DNA of 62,978 nt, the filler included, from Klebsormidium nitens (Eukaryota; Plantae; Klebsormidiophyceae): the NCBI GenBank assembly GCA_000708835.1. It is 9 parts of 9 records of this genome, joined end to end, with 100 filler letters (N's around TTAATTAATTAA, not from the genome) between each part and the next. Parts side by side here need not be neighbours in the genome. Positions count along the whole stretch, not along the records: positions 1 to 14,519 come from DF238043.1; positions 14,620 to 16,943 come from DF238716.1; positions 17,044 to 27,225 come from DF238166.1; 6 more parts are not named here. One strand, 5' to 3'. The notes beneath the pieces were generated by a model. It was not told the origin of the DNA, did not search any database, and saw only the letters and a program-made list of their open reading frames with translations. The translations under genes were made by a program, and so were the position numbers. Below, piece by piece: positions 13,353-23,153 of the stretch (positions within the stretch are counted from its first letter, which is position 1; each line of letters starts with the position of its first letter).

Positions 13353-14619
13353 CTATCACCACCACTGTCTCCACACAGAACTGATTTATGCTTCAGAGAT
13401 CTTGAAGCAGCTCTTCTCATAAGATGCATATGAAGCGCTCATGAACCCTTGACGTCAAACCTCCTCCTTCAACCCCTTGAATGCGCTCAGCCTGAGTCCT
13501 CAAGAGGTAAGCTCGTCCTGTAGGCTGTAGCCCGTGCGCGCAAGTCTCTACCTAGCTCATGGGCAAACTCAGCAGGCTTCGCACCTGTGTGACATCATCC
13601 ACGGTTGGATATATTTGACGTCTTTGAAACGGTGATTTCCCCGGTCGCCCGTCGTGTAGAGTTTACAATTAGGTAAGAAGGCCGAGAAGGCCGTGATGTG
13701 ACGGTTCTCCAACTTGCTGCCAATTCGGGGGCGTTCACACGGCCCTACTTTCAAGAATCTGTGATTCTAGCAGCTCGACGCCATTTTGATTGGCAGCTCT
13801 GCCCCAGCTCAGTGAACAGGTCTACACTATACGTTCGTCGGCAGCAAAATGGCGCTACATGCTGTCAGTCTTTTCTTCTGTCAATGCTTATCTATTAGGC
13901 TTTCTCAGTATGAGAGGTTTCTCGCCATTGTTGTGCGTCCAGGTGTTACGCAAAGAGCCGCTGAGCGTCCAGTAGGCATGGAGGGTCCACCAAATGAGGT
14001 CTGCAGCTGGCCAGCTCGTTCCTTGTCTGTACTGCCTTTATCCAAGAGTGCGTCCAGCTCATAAGTCACATAAGTGTAGCCGCCGGCATTTCTGCATCTG
14101 GCTTTTTGAGTTTTTGGTGGTCTGTATTGCCAAGACATGCCAGCAGCTTGAAAGTATGAACGGTGTGCTGCAATTGGAGCACGCTGAGCAGTGAGCCGTC
14201 CTCAATCGGCGCCCAGATGGACACCATGAAACGAGCTGGAAGCGGCCACAGCAACATAGGCTGAGGCCACTGCTGTGGAAAATTTGCTGAGCCCAGCGAT
14301 CTTGCATTGGGAAGCCTCAAAAGAAGCGCAACGGCTCCCTTGAGGATAAAAGGTATCATTGGCTTGTAGTATAGGGACACTGGAAAAGCATAATGCATCG
14401 GTGTCTTGAGTGCTTTAAGGTTCAGGGGACGACCTTCAGCAGGGCACGTGTGTACGACTGTCTCCGATACTGTGCCCTCTTCAAGCGTCCCTTTGTGTGA
14501 CGGTTGGACAGGGTCACACNNNNNNNNNNNNNNNNNNNNNNNNNNNNNNNNNNNNNNNNNNNNTTAATTAATTAANNNNNNNNNNNNNNNNNNNNNNNNN
14601 NNNNNNNNNNNNNNNNNNN

Positions 14620-16943
14620 GAGTGTTTGATAGCGCAATGCAATGTGTAATTACACAAGAGGTTTGGCGGCAACAGTGTGTGCTGCAAGTGATAAGCAAAG
14701 AAGGTACGGATGGATACAAAAGGACCGTTGGCTGGTAAGAAAAGTCTAAGTCTGGTGAGAAAAGTCTAAGTCTGGTGCTGAAGGCGCGGTGTGTACACTT
14801 AGACCCACGCGAGGCGCCTGCTTGACCATTCTGAATCTGCCATGCTAGCGCTTCGTGTGCAAACATATAAGGGAGCCGGTTACAATATTCCCTGATCCTC
14901 GAGCTTGCAAGCCATGGAAGTTTGCAGCATTCAAAATGCTGTTTTTGTATCATATTTGCGTCTCAAGCGTGGGCATGTGACAATGATGAGCGAAGAATGA
15001 GTGGCCTCGGTGTTGTGACAAGTGTCTCGAAACGTGATTGGACGCTGCTCGATGACCTGCGTTTCTCGCTTTGGACGAAGATCATTTGCCAAGCACTCCC
15101 TCCAATTTGCCCCAAGAAGGCATTGCACGCTGGCTTTCAGACTGAAAATTGTCAATTTCTGCTTGACATTGCGCATTTGCACCAAGATAGCCTTGTACGG
15201 TAAGCATAGGAACATGCCCCTCATTGGTAGCATCTCATGTCCGGCCCCCGATCAGTAGCAAATGCACTTCTGGAGGAAGATCGTACATAAGTGCTCACGT
15301 TGTACACCAACCAATCGACCTCTTGACTACACAATCACAAGTGATATTTGTTTCCCGGCATGGAACGTACATGTACTCTTCAGAATGTAAATATGGTACG
15401 TCTCGACAAACTTGAAAGCAAGCGCAGTGGATGAAAGTGCGCATGTTTCACATTATAAAGCTTAGCTGCTCGTCTGCAGAGTTTCCATAAGGAGGCACAT
15501 GAAGGTCCGACAAAAAGCTAGGAGAGAAACATGCTGCTGATTCAATTCACTGATCAACTCCACTTGTTTGAATATTTTCTTCTCAAAACCATCGGTGGCG
15601 CACGAGTCAAAAATTTTCACCCTCTACGGATTGCAGATTTGACTTGTAAGCGAGCACTTCTTTGCAGATTCTCTCGAGGAGATTGTGTGGTAAACTTCAA
15701 AACATTACCACCTTATGGGGTAAAGCTTGCAGTATGGCCAGGGAGTTTAAAGGCGGGCAAACCGNNNNNNNNNNNNNNNNNNNNGGGTGTTTGATAGCGC
15801 AATGCAATGTGTAATTACACAAGAGGTTTGGCGGCAACAGTGTGTGCTGCAAGTGATAAGCAAAGAAGGTACGGATGGATACAAAAGGACCGTTGGCTGG
15901 TTAGAAGAGTCTAAGTCTGGTGCTGAAGGCGCGGTGTGTACACTTAGACCCACGCGAGGCGCCTGCTTGACCATTCTGAATCTGCCATGCTAGCGCTTCG
16001 TGTGCAAACATATAAGGGAGCCGGTTACAATATTCCCTGATCCTCGAGCTTGCAAGTCATGGAAGTTTGCAGCATTCAAAATGCTGTTTTTGTATCATAT
16101 TTGCGTCTCAAGCGTGGGCATGTGACAATGATGAGCGAAGAATGAGTGGCCTCGGTGTTGTGACAAGTGTCTCGAAACGTGATTGGACGCTGCTCGATGA
16201 CCCGCGTTTCTCGCTTTGGACGAAGATCATTTGCCAAGCACTCCCTCCAATGCCCCAAGAAGGCATTGCACGCTGGCTTTCAGACTGAAAATTGTCAATT
16301 TCTGCTTGACATTGCGCATTTGCACCAGAATAGCCTTGTACGGTAAGCATAGGAACATGCCCCTCATTGATAGCATCTCATGTCCGGCCCCCGATCAGTA
16401 GCAAATGCACTTTTGGAGGAAGATCGTACATAAGTTCTCACGTTGTACACCAACCAATCGACCTCTTGACTACACAATCACAAGTGATATTTGTTTCCCG
16501 GCATGGAACGTACATGTACTCTTCAGAATGTAAATATGGTACGTCTCGACAAACTTGAAAGCAAGCGCAGTGGATGAAAGTGCGCATGTTTCACATTATA
16601 AAGCTTAGCTGCTCGTCTGCAGAGTTTCCATAAGGAGGCACATGAAGGTCCGACAAAAAGCTAGGAGAGTAACATGCTGCTGATTCAATCCACTGATCAA
16701 CTCCACTTGTTTGAATATTTTCTTCTCAAAACCATCGGTGGCGCACGAGTCAAAAAATTTCACCCTCTACGGATTGCGGATTTGACTTGTAAGCGAGCAC
16801 TTCTTTGCAGATTCTCTCGAGGAAATTGTGTGGTAAACTTCAAAACATTACCACCTTTTGGGGTAAAGCTTGCCGCAAGGGTTCGTACATGGAAAGCTCT
16901 TAAGCTCGCAGTATGGCCAGGGAGTTTAAAGGCGGGCAAACCA
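14620..16943. repeat. Two near-identical ~1.15-kb tandem units (14620-15764 and 15785-16943)
   Basis: Colinear from gtgtttgatagcgcaatgc to ggcgggcaaacc, with scattered SNPs and small indels. Separated and flanked by N-gaps. Confidence 0.9.
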
Positions 16944-17072
16944 NNNNNNNNNNNNNNNNNNNNNNNNNNNNNNNNNNNNNNNNNNNNTTAATTAATTAAN
17001 NNNNNNNNNNNNNNNNNNNNNNNNNNNNNNNNNNNNNNNNNNNAGGAACATGAGAAGCATCATGTCTACACC

Positions 17073-17468
17073 ATGGACGACGAGACGGTCGTGGAGACTG
17101 GCTTCCTGTACGCAGCCCGGGCGCCCGGATCTACGATAATGAAAGTCGGAATGTCCAAACAGCGGGACCCCAGCTTATACATAGCGAGACGGTACGCATT
17201 CGTTCTAGAGCCATTCGCCATCATGGGAGTGGCCGACGCCAACATGGCGGAAAAGATCGCATTCCACAAGCTGAAGCCATGGCACGTCACGCACGAGATC
17301 TTCGAGGCACTAGATTGGGAGTTGGTCCAAGACATATTCGAAGAGACTGCTTATCTAGTGGCTGACAGAGACCGTTGCTTAGAATATTGCAGCGAACACG
17401 GTATACCATTGGTGACAGAGGGCAGGAATACCAAGACGATACATCATTTCGAAGACTTCGCACTCTGA
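17073..17468 (+). CDS. T5orf172/MUG113-like (GIY-YIG-related) domain protein
   Basis: GFLYAA...KVGMS...AEKIAFHKLK...HEIFE pattern; intronless. Confidence 0.7.
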   Translation: MDDETVVETGFLYAARAPGSTIMKVGMSKQRDPSLYIARRYAFVLEPFAIMGVADANMAEKIAFHKLKPWHVTHEIFEALDWELVQDIFEETAYLVADRDRCLEYCSEHGIPLVTEGRNTKTIHHFEDFAL

Positions 17469-17477
17469 TTGCACATT

Positions 17478-17951
17478 TCAACGTTTGATGCCCACCACCC
17501 TAGAACCATCCGGCAACTCTACCTCTATGACTACATCAGGCGGCTTCGTATTCTCTGCTCGTACTACGCTAGGTGGTTCTACGACGGGTCCTGATAATGG
17601 CACTAGTGTCAACGGAGTCGTATCGTCTCTGTTACAATATCCTACGATCATCGCGACTGCAATCAGCATCTCTAAGAAACCTATACCTATGCACCCGTAC
17701 ACGAAGAGTCTGCCGGGTTGCCGAGTAGATCCCTCCGTCAGGAATCCTATCACCAGGAGCAAGAACTTTTGACAGCCGAATCTGACGTCCGAGTTGTATT
17801 CCAGACAGGGGGATAGAATGAAATAGAGGATGTCTAAGACGATGGGAACCAAGTAAGATAGGGGAATTTCGTTCCCCAGGGTGGACACCACCACCAACAT
17901 GAGGCTCGCTACTACCGCGTCCAATGCGAAGAGCACGGACGCCAGCATCAT
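17478..17951 (-). CDS. Hypothetical multi-pass membrane protein (viral segment)
   Basis: 157-aa ORF with about four hydrophobic segments, packed between neighbouring genes. Confidence 0.65.
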   Translation of the reverse strand: MMLASVLFALDAVVASLMLVVVSTLGNEIPLSYLVPIVLDILYFILSPCLEYNSDVRFGCQKFLLLVIGFLTEGSTRQPGRLFVYGCIGIGFLEMLIAVAMIVGYCNRDDTTPLTLVPLSGPVVEPPSVVRAENTKPPDVVIEVELPDGSRVVGIKR

Positions 17952-17956
17952 CCTCC

Positions 17957-18955
17957 TCAGAAGTCGTCCTCTACGAAATCGCCGTACGTCAGGCCTCCCT
18001 TCTTCCCCTTGTTCAGCGTCTCGATCACACCAGCCTTTTGATAAGAGCTCACGTGCGACTCGAACATGTTATTCTTGGACGTCAGGGAGATTAGTTCCAT
18101 AAACCCGAAGGGGTTCTTGCTGCCGTAGTGAGTCTCGTAACCGAGGCTATGGAGCAAGCGGTCCGCCACGCACTCGATGTATGCGGACATCAACTTCTGG
18201 TTCATCCCAATGAGGGAAACAGGGAGTGCGTCGCAAGCGAATTCCTTCTCTATGTCCACAGCCCCCTTCACGATCTCCAGGATCCTCTCGGACGACAGCT
18301 TCCGTACCAGCAGGTCGCGGTACAGGTGGCAGGCAAAGTCCGTGTGGAGCGCCTCGTCCTTGGCGATGAGCTCGTTGGAAAATGTCAGCCCCGGCAGCAG
18401 GTTCTTGCTCTTCAGCCAATAGATGGCGCAGAAGGAGCTGCTAAAAAGGATGCCCTCAACGCACGCAAACGCGACCAGCCTCTCAGCAAACGAGTCGGAA
18501 CTCTCTATCCACCTCACGGCCCAGTCCGCCTTCTTCTTCACGCACGGGATGCTGTCTATCGCCTCGAACAACCTGTCCTTCTCCTCGGGGTCCTTCACGT
18601 AGGTGTCGATCAGCAGGCTGTAGACCTCTCCGTGGATGCTCTCTATGAAGGCCTGGCAGGTGTAGAAAGCCCTGGCTTCCTGTATCTGCACCTCCGTCAG
18701 GAACCTGGTCCCGAGGTTCTCTATGACTATGCCATCAGCTCCAGCGAAGAAGGCCAAGACGTGCTTGATGAAGTGGCGCTCGTCCGCGGACAGCCTATGC
18801 TCCCACTCGTAGGCGTCCTGATCCAGCTGGATCTCCTCCACTGTCCAGAAATTGGCGACCGCCTTCTTGTAGAACGACCAGGTCTTGGGGTATTTGATGG
18901 GGAAGGTGCAGTACCTGTGAGGATCCGTCTCGAGGAGGGGTTCTCGTTCTGCCAT
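17957..18955 (-). CDS. RNR2: Ribonucleotide reductase small (beta) subunit, intronless
   Basis: [24 protein letters not shown] (radical Tyr), [10 protein letters not shown] and DEALH diiron motifs. The usual C-terminal ...F tail is present. Confidence 0.97.
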   Translation of the reverse strand: MAEREPLLETDPHRYCTFPIKYPKTWSFYKKAVANFWTVEEIQLDQDAYEWEHRLSADERHFIKHVLAFFAGADGIVIENLGTRFLTEVQIQEARAFYTCQAFIESIHGEVYSLLIDTYVKDPEEKDRLFEAIDSIPCVKKKADWAVRWIESSDSFAERLVAFACVEGILFSSSFCAIYWLKSKNLLPGLTFSNELIAKDEALHTDFACHLYRDLLVRKLSSERILEIVKGAVDIEKEFACDALPVSLIGMNQKLMSAYIECVADRLLHSLGYETHYGSKNPFGFMELISLTSKNNMFESHVSSYQKAGVIETLNKGKKGGLTYGDFVEDDF

Positions 18956-19085
18956 GTCTCAGAATGACGCCCTCGTACCTTACGACTGCACAACTTATAC
19001 ACGGTTTCGGACGCGAGCCGACCGTTTCGGACGCCCCGCGAGAAACATTCTGTGGAAGCCCTTTCGGACGCCGCTTTCGGGCGTC

Positions 19086-20165
19086 TCAGGCTTCGCCGTG
19101 GTAGATGTCGTCCACCAACTGATAGTCCACCTTTTTCACTCCATATCTCCTCTTGAATTCCTCGATGAGTCTCCCCCGCAAATACTTCTCGTTGGCACTC
19201 GTCATGTGCCCGAAATCCTTGTGCGTCGTCCGGATCAATTGCGCGAACTCCAAGCGAGAGTCTCCCTTTCGGGCGGCGAAGCCGAAATCGATCAACAGAA
19301 CTCGTCCGATATATTTAGTGCCCGGTCTGTACTTGAATGCTATGTTCTCCCAGTGGAGATCGCCGTGAGCGAGTCGCTTCTTCTGCATCTTGTCGATGAA
19401 TGATATGAGGACTTTGAGCATGACGTCTAGCTCCCACCTCTTGCGATCCCGTCTCAGCCACGATGACAGCGTGGAATCCACCTGCTGCATGAGGACGACC
19501 GACACTTTCTTCTGCTTACGGCCGTGCTTGATCTCGTCGAAGTCTAATCCGAACGCTCGCGGCGCCAATCCATTGCGCCAGAATTCGTTCTGTATGTCCA
19601 TCTCCACTCTATCTCGTGCTCTGTCGAGTTTCTTGGAGATCTTTGCGACGCGCCTCTGGCCGGTCTTCCTGTTTCGGACGAGGATCACCGACCCACTCGC
19701 CCCCTCGCCCAAGTGCTTTACGAAAGCCCACTTCTTCCAAAGCTTCATCGTAAAGCACCTCTCCGCCGCCAGGCACGGGGCCATGCTGCCGGTGCCTTTC
19801 TGACCGTTCATAGCTTTCTTCCATTCGGTGACGGAGAACCCTCCCTCGAATAAGTCGCGCCCCATCTTCTGAGCACCTTCGACCCCGGCTTCACACAGAT
19901 TCTGCTTCACGCCGAGCTCCGCGAGTCCCTCTCCCGTGATCCAGTTCACCTTCTTCCCAGTCTTAAGCACGGCCGGCTTCAAGGCTTTCCTTGGTCTCCT
20001 CTCGCGCCGGGTCCTCCGTCTCCTCGGGACTTCGAGTCTCTCACGGTGCACTCTACAGTATCGATAGTCGCCCGACCCGCAGGCCGCCTTGTTCTTGCAC
20101 CGCGTACCGTTCTTGGTCGGAGCTATGCAGCGTCCGCACGCCTTTTTCTTACGAGCTCGCGCCAT
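19086..20165 (-). CDS. Viral-type Ser/Thr kinase with N-terminal Cys/His module and Arg/Lys-rich linker
   Basis: LGEGASGSV, VAKI, HGDLHWENI and LIDFG motifs. N-terminal CIAPTKNGTRCKNK...YCRVH. Confidence 0.9.
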   Translation of the reverse strand: MARARKKKACGRCIAPTKNGTRCKNKAACGSGDYRYCRVHRERLEVPRRRRTRRERRPRKALKPAVLKTGKKVNWITGEGLAELGVKQNLCEAGVEGAQKMGRDLFEGGFSVTEWKKAMNGQKGTGSMAPCLAAERCFTMKLWKKWAFVKHLGEGASGSVILVRNRKTGQRRVAKISKKLDRARDRVEMDIQNEFWRNGLAPRAFGLDFDEIKHGRKQKKVSVVLMQQVDSTLSSWLRRDRKRWELDVMLKVLISFIDKMQKKRLAHGDLHWENIAFKYRPGTKYIGRVLLIDFGFAARKGDSRLEFAQLIRTTHKDFGHMTSANEKYLRGRLIEEFKRRYGVKKVDYQLVDDIYHGEA

Positions 20166-20233
20166 GTATCTCTCGTATGATTGAACGCGATATATTTTTC
20201 GTCCGTTCAGTGTAATCTTCGAAGCAAAGAGAT

Positions 20234-20920
20234 ATGATGCACTTCATAACATTCGGTACTCATGGAATCTACAATGATTTCGCACGTCAGCTGGCCAAGA
20301 GCGCGCTAGCAGCCGGCTTCGACACCGCGACGGTCTACGACGAGACGGATCTAGACCCCGCGTTCCGGGAATCTCACAGGGACGTGCTCGCACTCCCGCG
20401 TGGCTTCGGAGCGTGGTGCTGGAAGAGCTATTGTATACTTAAGCGTCTGAGTGAGTTGGAGGAAGGAGACGTCGTGACTTACTGCGACTCTCTGTACGCG
20501 TTCAAGAGGGACTTTAGGGAGGCCGCGGAGGACTGGCTAAAGACCCAAGACCTGGTCTTGTTCGAGAACAAGCCTTCGGAGCCGAGCTACAAGGAGAGAC
20601 ACTGGACCAAGTACGAGGCCTTCTGCATCTTGGGTGCAGACCCCGAGGTGCATGGACAGACGTCGCAATGCTGGGGTGGATTTCTGATGTTACGCAAGAC
20701 TCCAGAGACCGTGAGATTCATCCAGGAGTGGTACGATAGATGTGCCAACGTACGCCTGATGAGCGACGAAAGAAGCGTTCTAGGAGAAGAGCTTCCGGGC
20801 TTTATCGAACCGCGCCAAGATCAGATGGTCCTCAGCCTCGTAAGCAAGACGAAGGGTCTAGGATATCCTTTCTTGCATTTCCCGGCGGATCTCATGTATA
20901 ACGTCAGGATAGGCAGGTAG
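20234..20920 (+). CDS. Putative glycosyltransferase-like protein of a type common in giant viruses
   Basis: FITFG...RGFGAWCWKSYCI...GDVVTYCDS...RQDQMVLSL pattern, recognised from memory of the family; 228 aa, intronless. Confidence 0.6.
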   Translation: MMHFITFGTHGIYNDFARQLAKSALAAGFDTATVYDETDLDPAFRESHRDVLALPRGFGAWCWKSYCILKRLSELEEGDVVTYCDSLYAFKRDFREAAEDWLKTQDLVLFENKPSEPSYKERHWTKYEAFCILGADPEVHGQTSQCWGGFLMLRKTPETVRFIQEWYDRCANVRLMSDERSVLGEELPGFIEPRQDQMVLSLVSKTKGLGYPFLHFPADLMYNVRIGR

Positions 20921-21025
20921 CACTAGACGTGAAGGTTGCATTAGCTGTTTTACGGTTGGATGAACTAACGCAGACAAGTGCGTTCAAACCCTGACCCTTT
21001 TTCTATAGGGATATGTCAAACACAG

Positions 21026-21721
21026 ATGGGGTATGTCAGGTTGTCCGAAGCAGCCAACCACTTCGGTGTATGTACCAGGACTCTCATCAGATGGGAGGCA
21101 GCCGGAAAGATCAAGGTCGAGCGTAGCCCTGGAGGCAAGCGTATCTACGACCTCAAGAGCCTCGATCCCTCCAGCGAGCGCGCCTCCTACATCTATACCA
21201 GAGTGTCCAGCCAGAAACAGAAGAACGATCTTCGACGTCAAGAGTCATATCTGCGTGACCAGTACCCCGGACACTCAGTTATCAGCGACGTCGGAACGGG
21301 CCTCAACTTCAAGAGGAAGGGACTTCTATCCCTTCTGGAACAGAGCGAGAAGGGACTTGTACGAGAGGTTGTGGTTGCCTCAAAAGACAGACTGTGTCGT
21401 TTCGGATTCGATCTGCTCTCGTGGTTCTTCGAAAGACACGGTGTCCGCCTCGTGGTTCTCCAACAAGACGATAAGTCTCCGGAGGCAGAGCTGGCAGAGG
21501 ACGTGCTCGCGGTCGTTCAGGTGTTCGGTTGTCGATGGAACGGGAGAAGAGGTTACGGAGGAGGAGAAACAGAACGAAGAAAGCGAGCAAAAAGAAGCAG
21601 AGGAGTTGATCAGGATGCGAAAAGTTCGGATCCTCCCGAAGAAGTATCAGAAGAGAATGCTGAACGACTGGAGGCACGCGGCTCGATACAGCTACAACAA
21701 GGCCGTTTTCCTCATGAATGA
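21026..21721 (+). CDS. tnpA: IS607 TnpA serine recombinase (MerR-like HTH + resolvase catalytic domain)
   Basis: RLSEAANHFGVCTRTLIRWE (HTH), YTRVSSQKQ (catalytic Ser), SDVGTGLNFKRKG, DRLCRFGF, ELAEDVLAVVQVF. Confidence 0.95.
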   Translation: MGYVRLSEAANHFGVCTRTLIRWEAAGKIKVERSPGGKRIYDLKSLDPSSERASYIYTRVSSQKQKNDLRRQESYLRDQYPGHSVISDVGTGLNFKRKGLLSLLEQSEKGLVREVVVASKDRLCRFGFDLLSWFFERHGVRLVVLQQDDKSPEAELAEDVLAVVQVFGCRWNGRRGYGGGETERRKRAKRSRGVDQDAKSSDPPEEVSEENAERLEARGSIQLQQGRFPHE

Positions 21722-22769
21722 GACCGCGAGCTTCAATAAGATGTACCTCCGAGACATGATCACCCCAGCAGAAGTAAATGGAGACAAGCCACACCTCTTG
21801 AAGACACCCAAGGACGTGAGGGCCGCTGCGGTTTTCGAAGCGGCCAAGAATGCCAAAGCCTGCTTCAGCAATCGAGAACGTGGGAACATCACCGGGTTCC
21901 GACTCTCCTTCAAGACGAGGAAAAGGGAGGACTCGAAGGGGTGGTGCTTGGGGATCGCAAAGACTGCTATCAAGCGCAGGGGCGATCGCACCCTGATCAT
22001 CTACGGAGATTATTGCCCTTGGGAGTTCGAGACATTGGGTGCCATCGGCGAGATCACCAAGGACTGTCAGCTGCAATTCGATGGTGCCAAGTATTATCTC
22101 CTGGTGCCCTACTCGAAAGCGCATCCAGCAAAAGTGAAGGGAAACGCCAGATCTCTCATCAACGAGACACGAGAGGCAGTGATAGCCCTGGACCCGGGAG
22201 TCAGAACATTCCTGACCGCCTACAGCCCCAGCGAGGCATACAAATTGGGCGATGGGTGTGCGCAACGCCTCTTCTCGTTGGCTATCACCTTGGACAGACT
22301 GCTCGCTTTCGAGAAGCGCATTCCGAAGGACCATAGGAAGAAACGAAGAGCAGTGAGATTGCGAATCATCAAGACACGAAGAAAGATAGCTCATCTGCGT
22401 GACGAGATGCACTACAAGGTCGCGGACTTCCTCACACGAAAAGCGAAGATCATTCTGTTGCCGACATTCGAGACCAGCGAGATGGTTCGAAGATTCCAAT
22501 GGCGGATCGGGAGCAAGAGCGTCAGGCAGATGTCGTTCCTGTCACACTACAAGTTCACACAGCGGCTGATAGCCAAGGCTGCTGGAAGGGGAGTGAGAGT
22601 CCTGATCGTTTCCGAGCATTACACGAGCAAGACCTGTGGCAGGTGTGGGGAAGTGAAGCAAAACCTAGAGGGTGCGAGGATCTTCAAGTGCGGAAGCTGC
22701 TTCGCAGTCATAGACAGGGATTGCAATGGTGCTCGGAACATACTACTTCGTGCGATACGAAGGAAGTGA
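21033..22769 (+). CDS. tnpB: Fanzor2 / TnpB RNA-guided endonuclease
   Basis: RYSYNKA, RuvC-I ALDPG, LLPTFETSEM with the relocated Glu in SEHYTSKTC, zinc ribbon CGRC...CGSC, RuvC-III DRDCNGARNI. ATG at 21033; alternative ATG at 21615. Confidence 0.95.
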   Translation: MSGCPKQPTTSVYVPGLSSDGRQPERSRSSVALEASVSTTSRASIPPASAPPTSIPECPARNRRTIFDVKSHICVTSTPDTQLSATSERASTSRGRDFYPFWNRARRDLYERLWLPQKTDCVVSDSICSRGSSKDTVSASWFSNKTISLRRQSWQRTCSRSFRCSVVDGTGEEVTEEEKQNEESEQKEAEELIRMRKVRILPKKYQKRMLNDWRHAARYSYNKAVFLMNETASFNKMYLRDMITPAEVNGDKPHLLKTPKDVRAAAVFEAAKNAKACFSNRERGNITGFRLSFKTRKREDSKGWCLGIAKTAIKRRGDRTLIIYGDYCPWEFETLGAIGEITKDCQLQFDGAKYYLLVPYSKAHPAKVKGNARSLINETREAVIALDPGVRTFLTAYSPSEAYKLGDGCAQRLFSLAITLDRLLAFEKRIPKDHRKKRRAVRLRIIKTRRKIAHLRDEMHYKVADFLTRKAKIILLPTFETSEMVRRFQWRIGSKSVRQMSFLSHYKFTQRLIAKAAGRGVRVLIVSEHYTSKTCGRCGEVKQNLEGARIFKCGSCFAVIDRDCNGARNILLRAIRRK

Positions 22770-22870
22770 TTCGCCCCTCGGGGCGACTGCAAGATGGAGC
22801 CATGGCGAATATGTCATGCTTAGCCTGACAGACCACCGGACGATTGTATAGATGTCACGGTCTGTTCAGT
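22770..22870 (+). ncRNA. Putative omegaRNA/fRNA scaffold at the IS607 right end
   Basis: Three consecutive stems right after the Fanzor stop: TCGCCC-ctcg-GGGCGA (22771-22786), CATGGC...GTCATG (22801-22818) and TGACAGACC...GGTCTGTTCA (~22826-22868). This is where TnpB/Fanzor guide scaffolds lie. Confidence 0.65.
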
Positions 22871-22880
22871 GATTGATCCA

Positions 22881-23099
22881 TCAGACCAAGGGAAGCCACC
22901 AAGGCCCAGAGCATAGCATCAGTACCACTATCACCCCTATGAGCAGACCCGTTCCCCACTTCTCGACTCTCTTGCCTCTCGCCGCGACGGTCGCATTCGA
23001 GGACCTGCTCATGTCCCAACCCACGGCCGTCAATACGATTCCGATGAGTACGAGCAAGGTCACTACTGCAATGGTAGCAAACTCTACCGTACGGTCCAT
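22881..23099 (-). CDS. Small two-TM hypothetical protein (viral segment)
   Basis: 72-aa ORF with two hydrophobic helices and an AT-rich upstream spacer. Confidence 0.6.
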   Translation of the reverse strand: MDRTVEFATIAVVTLLVLIGIVLTAVGWDMSRSSNATVAARGKRVEKWGTGLLIGVIVVLMLCSGPWWLPLV

Positions 23100-23153
23100 G
23101 ATATATATATACTACTTTTGAACAGGAAATAAAATGTTCAACATCTGTTATGT

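Larger units (their letters stand above)
20921..22870 (+). mobile_element. IS607-family element (TnpA serine recombinase + Fanzor2/TnpB + putative omegaRNA)
   Basis: tnpA-tnpB pair inserted between two convergent viral genes (stops at 20920 and 22881). No TIR or TSD, as expected for IS607. Ends approximate. Confidence 0.92.

Noticed and set aside
13500-14519. Possible decayed coding sequence on the minus strand
   Set aside because: Frames are broken by stops and I cannot assign a family.
14564-14575. TTAATTAATTAA inside N-runs (also near 16988, 27270, 34535, 41138, 43942, 46485, 48644)
   Set aside because: Always embedded in gaps and encodes stops in all six frames. It is a scaffolding pad, not biological.
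18128-19403. Long plus-strand ORFs 18128-18967 and 18954-19403
   Set aside because: Antisense shadows of the RNR and kinase genes, expected with high GC3; no motifs.
21309-22499. 396-aa minus-strand ORF
   Set aside because: Antisense to Fanzor/TnpA with no recognisable domain.
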